A stretch of 64,000 nt of DNA from Bugula neritina (taxonomy: Eukaryota > Animalia > Bryozoa), in contig OZ037767.1 of the NCBI GenBank assembly GCA_964035545.1, forward strand, positions 18,444,259-18,508,258, given 5' to 3'. The translations under genes were made by a program, and so were the position numbers. Positions 12,877 through 35,736 of this stretch are shown in pieces (position 1 is the stretch's first letter; every line of letters begins with the position of its first letter). Below the pieces are notes generated by a model that did not search any database, was not told where the DNA came from, and was given only the letters and a program-made list of their open reading frames with translations.

Positions 12877-15705
12877 ATGCCAAACATAGAAAGTATCCTT
12901 TAAAATGCTGCTAATAACTTTATCCTAATCATAGCCATAAATTTGGCTCTGTAATTAACTCTTGTTTTATAAATTTTATGGGTTTCACACTTTTAGAAAA
13001 TTCCAATCAGTGGTTTTTCGGATGAAAAATTTTTTTTGTAAATTTTGTTCAGATGTGAAAAATATTTTTAATAAAACTTGAAAGCCATGAAATTAAATAA
13101 GTTTTTTATTAACGTATAAATAATTATTTTTTAATATTCTTCAACTTTAAATGTATTGAAAACTAGATGTCTATACTCTGTGTGGTTATTAATTATTGTT
13201 GTTTAGTCTTCGATTTTTCAGTAAACCAACTTCATATTTACATTAAGGGGTTTTCAAAGTATAAGACAGGATTAGAATTCACTGAAGTTATTCCTTAGCA
13301 GCTCTTTCCAGAGGAATTATTTAATTTAAAGTTTGCTGCAAAAGATCTAGAGAGAAATGCAAAGAAGTCTGAAAAATCAGAAAGGGAAGAAAAAGTGAAA
13401 TTGAAAAAGGTAGGTGTCAAATTGTGCCAGTGTTTATATAGAGGGTCAGCAACCTAATGAAAAGCTGAACATCTTGCTAGCCTGTTGAACATGAAGCTGA
13501 TTGTATACAGAGTATGAGTAGGGCTGTGGAATTGTCTCACCGTGTACTATCTAGTAGTGAGTACACAAATATAGGTCTAGGTTCTGAAATCGTACTTGAG
13601 TCGTATCTGTTGGCCAACGATTAGTGGACGGTAGCTGGTTGCAGTGTAGTTATCAGTATAATTAGTGTGACTTGTGGTGTTAATGTACAATAATTTATAT
13701 TGGTGCTCAGAACTACCTGCACTGCAGCTGTTATAGTCCTTGCATTTTAGTAATTTTGGCTTACAGCTCTTTCACTGTGACTAGCACTAACTAATGCTTG
13801 GTTGCTGGTTTTTCTGCAAGAAAGTAAAGTGTAGCTGCTTGTTTGTACACAAACTTTTTAATACTAGAATATAATAACTATACTGTATCTCCATTTTTAT
13901 TAATCCTGTTCCTAAAATTAGTTATCTTCTTTTTTCTACTGATAATAGTTTTTTATATAATGAGGAATTATTCTGTTATATGATAATTATATTATTTAAA
14001 TATTAAATAAATCATGAATTGAACGTGTTACTAACTTCTGAAAACAATTGGAAATTTAAAGGAGTTGCTGATAATACAATCCTGTGCAAGTTAGTAGATT
14101 GTGTGTTTCGACCCAATGCTATTTACTTTGAAAGAAAGACAACTCCTACTATTCTTTGGAAAAAAGTTGCAAAGTTGTCAGTGCAGTTTAGAGTATAGAT
14201 CTACTTATAATATGTAATAACATAATCAAATTTTTATATATTTATGGCTTCATTTTTGTATCAATAAGAAATTCAACAGCATTACTTTCGTCACAGGTTA
14301 AACTATTGTTGTGAATATCGGTTAGTGTCACTGTGATTACTATATGAATATGTGCTTTCTAATGCACGAATCTCTCTGTTTCTAGGCGATACAAAAAGGA
14401 AACATGGAAGGTGCAAAGATTCACGCAGAAAATGCAATCAGACAAAAGAATCAAGCACTCAACTATCGACGAATGAGTGCTCGTATAGATGCTGTCGCTG
14501 CCAGAGTTCAGACTGCTGTCACAACTAAACAAGTCACCAAGTCCATGGGAGGAGTAGTGAAGAGCATGGAGTCAGCAATGAGGTCAATGAACTTGGAACA
14601 GGTAGTCAACACTGTCTATTCACAGTGCACCCTCAACTCCCTAATATAACTTCTTCTGTATCCACTCTCCCCACTATAACCAAATCTGTATCCACACTCC
14701 CCCCTATAACTTATTTTGTATCCACTCTCCCCCTATAACCTGTTCTGTATTCACTCTCACCACTATAACTTATTCTGTATCCACTCTCCCCCCCCTATAA
14801 CCTGTTCTGTATCCACTTTCCCCACTACCAACCTATTGTTATAGTGGGATCCTCTATTACATAACTATTCACATTTGGCTGCTGTAGTTAATTCCTTGTT
14901 GTATTCTGTTGAAACTACCAAAATATGTTTACCTTCATTAACAAAGAGCTGTTTCCTCTAACACCAGGATGTCTCTAGGAAAGTTGCCATGGTTACTGTA
15001 ACTATTTCTGATATTGGGAAATCTCTGAATAATTTTCAATGGAAAGAGACTCACTAGAATATTGTGTAATATGTATGTCTGTGTGTCTCCAACGTGTAAC
15101 TTTGAGTACTAGTTGCACCATTTCTCACTCAAGTTGGTTGCCAGTATAAAATCATATACACCTTATGTTTTGTGATTGCGGCACAGGACCTATATGCAAG
15201 AGTAATCCCTGCACCTTGATAAATCAACAGTACATTACCAACATCTGTTTCTCTTTGTCACCTACCCTTAGCTCTTCTGTTCCCTTTAAATATCATAGTA
15301 GCCTTAGCTCTTCTGTTTTCTTTAGATATCCCAGCTAATGGACAGGTTTGAGACTCAGTTTGAGAATCTGGACGTGCAGAGTCAGGTGATGGAGAACACT
15401 ATGATGGCCTCCTCCACTCTAACCACTCCCCAGGGAGAGGTTGATGCGCTGATGTCAGAGGCAGCTGACGAGGCAGGGTAAGTGTTGGTTTCTTACCTCC
15501 TTGTGACAAGAGATTGCTGTCTGTTAGCTAATACTCCACTCACTCAGACTATAATTAAGCTGTGGTTATGTTGTCTTTTGGTACTTTTAGTATTGAGCTG
15601 AACATGGAGCTGCCTTCAAGTGCTACATCCACAGTCGGGGCGAGCGCTCAGTCCACCGAACAAGATGAACTATCACAGAGATTACAAAGGCTAAGGAACG
15701 TCTAG
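12877..15705 (+). CDS. CHMP1B: Charged multivesicular body protein 1B (ESCRT-III, Did2/Vps46 family), 198 aa
   Basis: Exons 12877-12892, 13312-13409, 14386-14601, 15326-15477, 15591-15705 give [24 protein letters not shown]...[23 protein letters not shown]...[14 protein letters not shown], matching the CHMP1 family including the C-terminal MIM motif. AATAAA at about 16032. Confidence 0.95.
12893..13311 (+). other. U12-type (minor spliceosome) GT-AG intron
   Basis: 5' end GTATCCTTT; branch-point-like TTCCTTAGC at 13291-13299, 12 nt before the end of the intron. Confidence 0.85.
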
Positions 15706-17310
15706 ACTCACCCTTTCTCTGGGTTTAGTTCTAAATCAGAATCATAACATGCTGTATTTTATATCATATAAAGTTATGCCACACCCTACTGGTTTATTTT
15801 ATTTAGGATATTATATTTTTATTGTTTGTATAATTATAAGTATATTGTGGTTATGAGTAAATGCGATGTATTATGTGGGAAGAAATATTATATTATGTGC
15901 TTATAAACCCAGCTATGTTGGGAATACAACTGAATGTTTATTGTTGGTATTTTAATAATATCGTAAATAGTATTTACATAATATTAAAACTTGATGTACT
16001 GTGATTCAATACTGATGTTATCCAAATTGTCAATAAATGCAAAATAATTCACTCTAATTGAGTCAAAGGTTCTCTTGCCAAAGAAATTGCTTAGTTTCAG
16101 AATCTTTATTCAGAAATACTTCCACCAGATACCACCAGCAGTAACTTATATTAGTAGTCTTTATTTTCAAACTAAAACCCAAGCAGTGAACCCAATGTTC
16201 TTGCGCTGTTCATCAGTGTGGGTTTCCACCTGGTCTTACATAACCATTGTCTAGGCCCTAGGATATATGAACCCTGAAATACCAATATGCAAGCTGTGAC
16301 TCATTATTTGGTGGTGTATTGTTTTAATGACATTATTATATATAATAATAGTGTGTGAACAAACCCGTAATCCAAATGTGCATGAACGGTTGTAACATTC
16401 ATATAAAAAAACACACTGCAGAAACTTGCTTAAATAAACTAATATTTTACTGAAGCCATGTTCCTGTCTATCTGTTATAAGGGTTTATTGAACTATCCAA
16501 TCAGCTTTGGCATCCAGCTGGCTAAGTAACTTATAGTCTATTAATCCTTGCCAGCATCATGGTGACAAAGCAACTTCACATCTATGTTGCAATATGTAAA
16601 ATATTGTTTTTTTACAAAGCAATGACAATGTAGTATTTTATTGTTTAAATTAATTTGTTATATATTCCTAACCAAATTGTTTTGCGTGTTCGGCAACACG
16701 TAGCACTGAAATTATATAAGCATTAATTATTCAAACTAACGTATAACTCGAACATAATCTGTTGCAATGTTAATCTAATATACAAGAGTATCCTGACCTC
16801 TAATAACAGCTATAGTGCTATAGGAAACTGATTTATATGTAAGTAACTTAAATTCAAGACTTACAGACATGATCTACTTCAACACTGTCAAAATATTCTA
16901 AAAAACATAAACTTTAAAAAAGTAGCATTAAGGCATCGATTTTTACAGGCATGTGATTATCAAATGTATTTTCCAACGTAAAGGTTTAGAAAATTTACTA
17001 GTTGTCACATACATCATACTCTAATATAGATATTAAAGCAGTTTCTAGGCAATGAAAGCCTTCAAAAATTATTGAAAGAATGTACAAAAATAAATTTAAA
17101 ATTCATAACCTAGAGAAACATTGTTAACAAATATTTTGTGCTTACAGCAAGTGGAGTGTAGTTTTTCATCAGAAAGTGGGCGCGGCAGTTTGCTTTAACA
17201 TAGGCTCGAGTTTTACATTTAGCGTGTGCAGCTACGGAATAATACTATAATTACTTGGCTCACAGGCTCATTATGCCTACGACCGTAGTTACTTTTCCGG
17301 GATTTTCTGC

Positions 17311-17368
17311 TCACGTGACCAATCAACCGACCTGGTTGATTGGTTTTGCAATCACACCTGTATTTAAA
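17311..17368 (+). promoter_or_regulatory. Catalase proximal promoter: E-box, inverted CCAAT pair, TATA-like box
   Basis: TCACGTGA 17311-17318, CCAAT 17319-17323, ATTGG 17339-17343, TATTTAAA 17361-17368; about 140-190 bp upstream of the ATG. Confidence 0.6.
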
Positions 17369-17505
17369 CCGTTGCTGGCTTATGTGCACCCACTATTAAT
17401 GTAAGCATTGTTGCTACGACTGGCTGCAGATTATCCACTATAACTTAGTATTTACATAATATTTTTTTCCAGCGTGCTAAAACTTTTGCCACAATCAATA
17501 TCATA

Positions 17506-27589
<10,084 letters not shown>

Positions 27590-28294
27590 GACATGACATT
27601 AAAGACTGCAGGCTAAGGCCACTGGAGCTTTCCTCACATTCTAAATAATCCAATTCTATTTCATGTTGGTTATGAAGGGATATAGTCATACCGTTGATTT
27701 TATGGTTCTAAATTATTCAAACTTGATTTTATTGTTATGATTGTTAAGAGTATACAAATTACTCATCAGTTATCATTTATTTACATGGTGACTGCATTTT
27801 GCTATGATGCATGATTTTATAGACGAAATTGTTCATAATATATTAAATAAAATACTTCAAACTAAAATATATTTACATCACTTTACTGTTCATACATATA
27901 ACTGTAAAAGTTAACCATAACACGCACTAAACAAAAATTACATGACAGATTTGCCCAGCCACCTGTGTGTAGAGAGCATTAATGTTCATATCAAGAGTTG
28001 CCTTTTCTTAGTGTGAAGTGAAGCTGAAGGGAATAAGTAAAGTACGGAGCATCAGGCATCTAATATTTAAGTTGGTTACTGCCTTCGCCTGTAGACTATA
28101 CATTGCCACTGTAAAGTTAATTCTTTGAGACCAGGAGAAGATAACAATTAATTTACTTACACTACAAAACTGCCCAATGTTTTAAAATATATTACTTCTG
28201 ATGGGCTGAAAATTTTTTTATGGTAATTCATTCCATCAGTAATTAATGTTTATGTACACACAGTGAGCTCTAAGCAATGTTTATGTCTGTGATT

Positions 28295-31200
28295 TCAGTC
28301 TACATCATCCTCTACTTCACTGACTTCTATGCTATTGATCCGTATAACGGTGAGAAAGTCCTGTATTACTACAACAGAATATTATTATATGTAACACTAA
28401 AGAGTACTACATCCAACACTACAGAGTACTACATGTAATACTACAGAGTACTACATGTAATACTACAAAGCACTACATGTAACACTACAGAGTACTACAT
28501 GTAATAATACAGAGTACAACATGTAACACTACAGAGTACAACAGAATAAGAAGTACTGAAACTTACATCTCAACTTCTTGACGCCTTTCCTTCTAATGAA
28601 GTAGAACCATATTTTTCTGTGACTTAAAGTTTTCTCTACTACTGTTGCTTCTACTCTGACATTGCTGCAAATAATTGTACATTATTATATTCTAACCCAA
28701 AGTGAATATAATAACTATACGCAGCACATATTCTAGTACAATCAAATCAAATACCAATATATTCAAGTAGCATTCAGTCTGTTTATAGCAAAGTCCAGGG
28801 AGCAGCAATGACTTAAATACAAGGTTGGTGGTTTGAATCTCAGTAAGTTATTGGTGTTGTTATGAGAAGCACTCAGATATACTTGCTTGTTTGCAACAAT
28901 AGAAAACAAATTTAGCTCATTAAAAATCCTTTCCAATCAGAGGTTCTCACAGGGATGCAGACTATAAACTCACAGGAGCGTTATTAAATGGAGAGAAAAC
29001 CTATATATCTGAGAACACATACTTTAAAAGAGGTCGTCCAATCATGGTGAAGTCTTTTCCTCCAACTAGCAGTACCTTAAACACGAATCAGTGGATGATT
29101 AGAGCCATTGTGGGTGGCCAGATATATTTTCAGCAATATAGCAATAAGTTGAAGCAAAAACACGTTACCTTCTCTATGCATATTCTGTCCCCCACATCTG
29201 GAAACCGTCTGTTAGTACGAATGAGTAACAGGTCTTCGGTTGTGACCTTGAACTGATGACCCCCGATGTATATCACGGCAAACAACCTCCCGTGTGAATT
29301 ATGTGATATCTGCTCATTGATTCTGTCTGCCACTCCTGTCACCAGACAACATGTGCTTTAAGGTTCTACAGTCTTAGAAGTGATGACTATACATTAATTA
29401 TAACTCATTGTGGAGTTGTCTCCCTGAATTCATATAGACTACGAACTCACACGACGTATAATACATCCTTATCAAGTAATTTACTTGCATAATATTAACT
29501 ATTTGACTCGTACTATCAAGTACTCGACAGATAAAACACCTAATCTGTGGGTACAACTCCGCACTAAGATAACGAAGTCACACTACAACAGCTAGAGCTA
29601 TGCACGAATTAGCCTCATTGCTTTGAGGTGAACTAAAAAACCTTAAATCTACTGATTACAGCCATTAATTATCATAAGAGCTGAGTCTAAGTCAAGTCAT
29701 CATCCAAGCCAAAATACTAAATCAACTTCAAGTTGAGTATAACAACTACTTGAGTAGACAGGAATAAGTTTGATATTACTTAAATGCAAGGGAACAGAAA
29801 GAGATATAAATACACCATTGAATTGCATGTAAATAATAGTAATGATGAGTAGTTGCATACTTCTATTAAATCTAATAAAAAACTAGCCTCAGTTTCCGTT
29901 ATTCTACAACTAATGTTGATTAATATCTAGTTCAAAGTAATATATAAATAAAATGAGTTGCTGTAATAACAAGTTAAATCTGCATTAGAGACCATTGGGT
30001 CATTGTAAAATAATCAAACTTTTATTCAAGTTATTATTTTATGCTGAATATAATTCAGTCCAATCACTCCAATGCTTATTTTAATAAATAAAACAGTGAA
30101 TGAATTCAACTTGTATAACGATCCATAACTTGCAACAAGTTAATTAGAAATTTAAAGTCACGTGAAGTTGAGTTAAAGCATCCTAAGTTACAGTGACTCC
30201 AAGCTAGCTCTAGCTATTATTAAGGCCCCATACCATGTGTAGAAGGTGTGACAATATGAGAGCTAGATTCTTCTAGACTCAAACTGTTGACAACAGATGT
30301 TGAGTTGTGACGATTACCGGGGATTCTCCTTTGGAAATCCGCTGCAGTAGTTGAGAAAGAACTTTTTTCTAAGTCTACAGAAAATTAAAAATATAAATTT
30401 AATAGGACGTTATTAGATGATAGTTTTCCTGCATCATTTAAACTACGTAATAACCACAGATGACTTCTATAATTCACATGAGTTCAACAAAAATTAAGTA
30501 GTAGTACAGCTAATAGTAATCATACCATACAATTAAAGTTAACACTTATAGTTTGTTAGTTGCAAGTTCTGTAATCAGCAAATCACTAAAATTCAATGTC
30601 GGCACTAATCGATGTAACTTACAGATTTACTTACTTAGTTCTGTAAGTTAAATGACCGTTCAACTGAAATTACAACCACCCAAATCCAATAAAACTCAAT
30701 TATCAATATGAATATGAATATGCACCAGATCAGTAAAACTAAAAGTAAAATTTAAGGAAAGTATTTACTTTTAGTGTTACTATTAGTATTAGTATTATCA
30801 ATAGTATTACTATTACTATTAGGGCCTACTAAGTATTAATTTAAATTACATTTACAATTAGTGAAATAATATAGCAATTGTTATTGTATAGTAAATGTAA
30901 TTATAATATTTACCACTTATAACTATTCATCGATAGTAAATAGTAATACTATTAGTACTGGTAGTAGTACCACTTACACTACCTGTATTCAGTACTGTAC
31001 TAGTACTACTTGTTCTAATTCAGTAATTGTAATACTTATACTAATACTAATACTATTAGTATTACTCTATTAGTATTACTATTAGTATTAGTATTACTAT
31101 CACTATCAGTATTACTATTAATATTATTCTAATTATTACCAACTACTGTTACATTTAGCTTTACTGATTAGTAATTACTTTTAACACATCAGTGATTACC

Positions 31201-31495
31201 GAAAGTGAATGATATTGATAGTGATTAACAGTCACACTCGCAGTGATACTGATTACTCTTACAGTTACACTTACAGTTAGTGTTACTGATCTCATTCAAA
31301 TTGAAATTGCAAATTAAAATCAGAATGAAAATGTTACGCTAAACTAAAGTTACCATCTACATTTTATTCACAGTGAAAACAACACATACGGGTTATAGAA
31401 GGCAGTTGCATTGCTTTGGCAGCATCTTTTGACCAAAAACTATAGTTAAAAGCAGTCCGAGAGCAAAATCTCTTTAATGATCGTAAACATGCCAT
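28295..31495 (-). CDS. MRPL21: Mitochondrial ribosomal protein L21 (bL21m)
   Basis: Exons 31390-31495, 30234-30374, 29169-29335, 29023-29075, 28567-28664, 28295-28368. Basic/hydroxylated N-terminus resembling a transit peptide, then GRLFAVIYIGGHQFKVTTEDLL...EKVLLVGGKDFTMIGRPLL..VRVEATVVEKT...TVIRINSIE. Confidence 0.93.
28390..28545. repeat. 22-bp minisatellite (ACTACATGTAACACTACAGAGT)
   Basis: Fills the last MRPL21 intron. Confidence 0.85.
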
Positions 31496-31687
31496 TTTTT
31501 TTCCGGAAATGCAAACATAAATCTCAAACTTGGCTGCTGTTATATAAACGAATATTATAATAAATTTTTATAACAAAACAAGACTCAAACCTAATTTTAA
31601 TTTTTAGAATTATTTTAAACATGCTTTTGACAAACAACTATAAAGTAGTTCATGAAAAGACTTTTTTGACAAGAGTTACTTTTCAAG
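31496..31687. promoter_or_regulatory. Bidirectional promoter MRPL21/CSTF2
   Basis: Divergent start codons 192 bp apart; ETS-like CCGGAAAT at 31503-31510. Confidence 0.75.
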
Positions 31688-34600
31688 ATGTCAGCCCCCT
31701 ATATTGACCGAGAAAAGCAACTGAGATCGGTTTTTGGTAATTATCTAGCTATTGTATTTCTGTCTCTATCAGTCTATGGTTTTCTATAAAGTCAGCAGTA
31801 TGACTTTTGCTAAACTGTTATTTTAATGACGTTTTATGTTTGTAATTTCATTTTAATAAAGTTGTATATATTGGAAGCGGAGGATCATAATCGTACACTT
31901 AACAGTTAACACTAACGTCTAACAGTAACAGTAACACTAACTTACTCTAACAGTAACAGTTATTGTAACACTAACAGTAACTCTGGGTCAGTTACACTTA
32001 GTAAGTCTAACAGTAACACTAACAGTAGCAGTAAGTGTAACACGGCCCATGACCAGTAGCATTATCATGATCTGCCATGATCATGATGATCACTACATGT
32101 ACTCGCTATGACTATGACTAGTAGACAAGTAGTAGTACTACGCCTACTGAGTACCGACACTTGCCCATTTTAATTGCATAAAAAAGTCATAATGATAATA
32201 ATAATATTAAAATCTTTAGATATCTTTGAAGTTTGAAGATCAACATATCAAACACACTGGGACACTCAAGATTTAAGACTTATTAGATATTATGATTATG
32301 ATTGTCATTAATTTAGATGATTGGTTATACTAATATGGTTATAGTCTACAGGAGTGCCTCATTTGGTCTAACTTTACATTGTGAAATTCATTTGACTACA
32401 GCCACAGATTAAGCAGATGTTAATGATTTGAATTTTTTAATCTTTATTCTTTCTGGTGTTTTTTAGTCTAGTAATTGTGACTATAATTTTAGTTGGCAAT
32501 ATCCCGTTTGATGTTACGGAGAGTGAGCTTCGTGATAAGTTTGAACAAGCTGGTCCTATTGTTAGCTTCAGGTACGTGAGATCTTGTGATTTATCTCAGT
32601 CACTAGGTGATGTTTAGAGCTCTACTCAGACCCTGTGTGCATTAGTTTTGTGGGTAAGTTTGCATTCTGCTGGGATGTTAGTGGAAATAAGCCTCATTTT
32701 TTATATTATTTTGCATTATATGTGTTCATTATATGCTAGTGATAGTAATCATTAAGGGTTAGATTTACATAATGTGGTACTGCATGTAACTGACTTGAAG
32801 CCAAAGAGAACCAGCTATTAATAGCTGTAAATTACGACCATTATATCATAATGCCTTCTGCTATTAAGTTAACAATATTTTGATGGCTCATCAACACAGA
32901 AAAATGATTCAATCTTGTTTTAATTGTAAATATGGGTCGCTCTTTGTTGATAGGTTCGTTTTAGTTTAAAGTTGTTCATGTAAGTGAATCTGGTCACCTA
33001 TTATAGATCAGTTGCTGTTATAGATTAGTCCATGATCGTGAAAGTGGTAAACCCAAAGGTTATGGATTCATTGAGTACCAAGATGTAGCGACGGCCAACA
33101 GCTGTGTACGGAATCTCAACAATGTGGAGTACAATGGCCGACCTCTAAGGGTCGGGCCCGCTGCTGGGGGCGACCAGAATAACGAAAATATTAAAGCCCT
33201 TCAGCAAGCTTTAGGGGGCCTACAACAGGAGTCTCCTTATGGGGACCCTGTTGATCCTACTGATGCACCTGAGGCTATATCTAAAGTAGGCCACTCCGCA
33301 TTACAATATTACAGTAGTTACTGTAACTAGAGTATACGGTATACTGAGTAGTTACTGTTACTAGAGTGTACAGTATACTGAGTAGTTACTGTTACTACAG
33401 TGTACAGTATACTGAGTAGTTACTGTTACTAGAGTGTATAGTATACTGAGTAGTTACTGTTACTAGAGTATACAGTATACTGACTAGTTACTGTTACTAG
33501 AGTGTATAGTATACTGAGTAGTTACTGTTACTAGAGTGTACAGTATACTGAGTAGTTACTGCTACTAAGGTGTACAGTATACTGAGTAGTTACTGCTACT
33601 AGAGTGTACAGTATACTGAGTAGTTACTGCTACTAGAGTATACAGTTTACTGGTTGGCTGTTGAATTTAAAGTTGATTTTGATAGGCTGTCTCTAGTCTG
33701 CCCCCAGAGCAGATGTTTGAGCTGATGAAACAGATGAAGCTGTGTATACAGAATAACCCCAATGAGGCTAGGAACATGTTACTACAGAATCCCCAGTTGG
33801 CATATGCACTGCTTCAGGCTCAGATTGTCATGAAGATAGTTGACCCTCAAGTAGCTATGGTAAGCAACTGTTAATAGTGTAACTGTTGATAGTGTAACTG
33901 TTGATAGTGTAGCTGTTGCTAGTGTAGCTGCTGATAGTGTAGCTGTTAATAGTGTAACTGTTGCTAGTGTAACTGTTGATGGTGTAACTGTTGATAATGT
34001 AACTGTTGATAATGTAGCCGTTGATGGTGTAACTGTTGATAATGTAACTTGGTTTAGGCGCTGCTGCACAGGGAAAGGGATGCAGCACCTGCTTTAAAAA
34101 CTGACGACCCCCCTAAACCTGTCATACCCACCCCTGCTGTGAGCAGACCAGGTGGAGGGGGACTCCTAGGGGAACATCCCGGGGATCACACCCCTGCCCC
34201 CTCTAACAGACCACCTGGATTATTAGACAGGTTAGTTTTGTCATTTAGCTTTGGTATTGATCACTATTATCAGCTCTGCATATCATTATCTTTCTATGGA
34301 ATAAGTTCCTATGGAAATTCCCTTTTACTCAACTTCTATTCTGTGTTTTACTCCTACTTTATAGCCACGAGCCTCCCATGACCCACCAGTCTGATAGGTG
34401 GTCCGGCGGCTCTGGGGGGTCCGATCCACGCGGTCCTTCCAATATGTCCCGTAATATTGACCCTCGGGGGCTTCCAGTTGAGCTAGACTATAGAAGAGGT
34501 GGGCCCGGTCTGGACCCTAGAACTGGTCCAGGAATGGACCCTAGAGCCGGGCCTGGAATGGACCCAAGAAGTCGGCCCGGTATGGACTCGAGAGGTGGGC

Positions 34601-35736
34601 CTGGAATAGATCCTCGTGGTGGGCCTGGAATGCGAGGCGGGCCAGGAATGGACCATAGAAGTGGCCCAGGAATAGACCCTCGCGGTGGCCCAGGCATGGA
34701 TACCCGTGGTGGTCCGGGAGTTGACCCAAGAGGTAAGGGCACACCATTGAGTGTCAGTACTGACTGAGGGTTAGTAGTGACTGAGTGTTAGTAGTGACTG
34801 ACTGAGTGTTAGTACTGACTGAGTGTTAGTAGTGACTGACTGAGTGTTAGTATACACTTAGTGTTAGTACTGACTGAGTGTTGGTATTTACTGAGTGTTA
34901 GTATTCACTACTATTGGAACATCTCATAGTGGAATTACTTTTGATGACACCATTACATTGCCTCTTTTAGACAGACGTGATGTGGACTACCGAGGAATAG
35001 ATCGAGATTACCGGAGAGATCCCCGTGATTCACGACCTCCTTCAGGTCACTGCATAGTATTTACTCTAGTCAGCTGAAAACATTAGTGTTAATACCATTC
35101 TCTGTGTCTTCGCGCTCTATCAAAGCTGATTAGATTATACTTCTGTGATTCTTTTATTTTGTTTGTGAGACTCTTTTAACCAATTTCCTTGAGTTATTCA
35201 AATAAGGAATCAAACTTTTGTTTTGGTCTCATGTATGGCACCATTTCCTTCACTAGCAGGTTTTTGCACTTTACGTCGTTTCTGTGCTATTCGTTGTTTC
35301 TATACCCTATGTTGTTTTGTGTTTCAGGCGGCCTATTAGATCACCCCAGGGACGACATGAGGTCATCAATGGGTGCTTCCGCCAGACCTGGACCACCCGG
35401 TAGTTCGCAATTTTCTCCGAGACTTGGTGGAGCTCCCGGGAGAGCCGCACCAGCATCAGCTGTAAGTTACATTATACCAGCTGGCTGGTGGCTGACAGAC
35501 CCCGCACTGTTCACGAGTCAGTTTGCTCTATTCACCAGCTGTAACCGTCTGCTTGTACTATTCACCAGCTGTAACAGTCAGTTTGCTCTCTGCAGGGTTC
35601 CAGTGATGAGGATAAAGAGAAAGCAGCTCTCATAATGCAAGTACTTCAGCTCACAGATGAACAGATACAGCAGTTACCACACGACCAGCGCCAGAGTATC
35701 CTCATACTTAAGCAGCAGATAGCTGGGGGACGCTAA
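31688..35736 (+). CDS. CSTF2: Cleavage stimulation factor 64 kDa subunit (CstF-64)
   Basis: Exons 31688-31736, 32493-32571, 33024-33285, 33686-33859, 34058-34230, 34365-34732, 34971-35045, 35328-35461, 35596-35736. RRM (RSVFVGNIPF, KPKGYGFIEY), hinge (APEAISKAVSSLPPEQMFELMKQMKLCIQNNPNEARNMLLQNPQLAYALLQAQ), Pro/Gly-rich region and C-terminal EKAALIMQVLQLTDEQI. AATAAA at 35828. Confidence 0.97.
33315..34050. repeat. 34-bp (about 33315-33650) and 15-bp (about 33865-34050) intronic minisatellites
   Basis: Units AGTAGTTACTGTTACTAGAGTGTACAGTATACTG and TAGTGTAACTGTTGA; each array fills nearly a whole CSTF2 intron (exon 4 lies between them). Confidence 0.9.

Noticed and set aside
13438-13456. hAT-like terminal motif AGAGGGTCAGCAACCT
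   Set aside because: No matching second TIR or TSD found.
28790-28890. B-box-like GGTTTGAATCT, possible SINE remnant
   Set aside because: Too degenerate to delimit.
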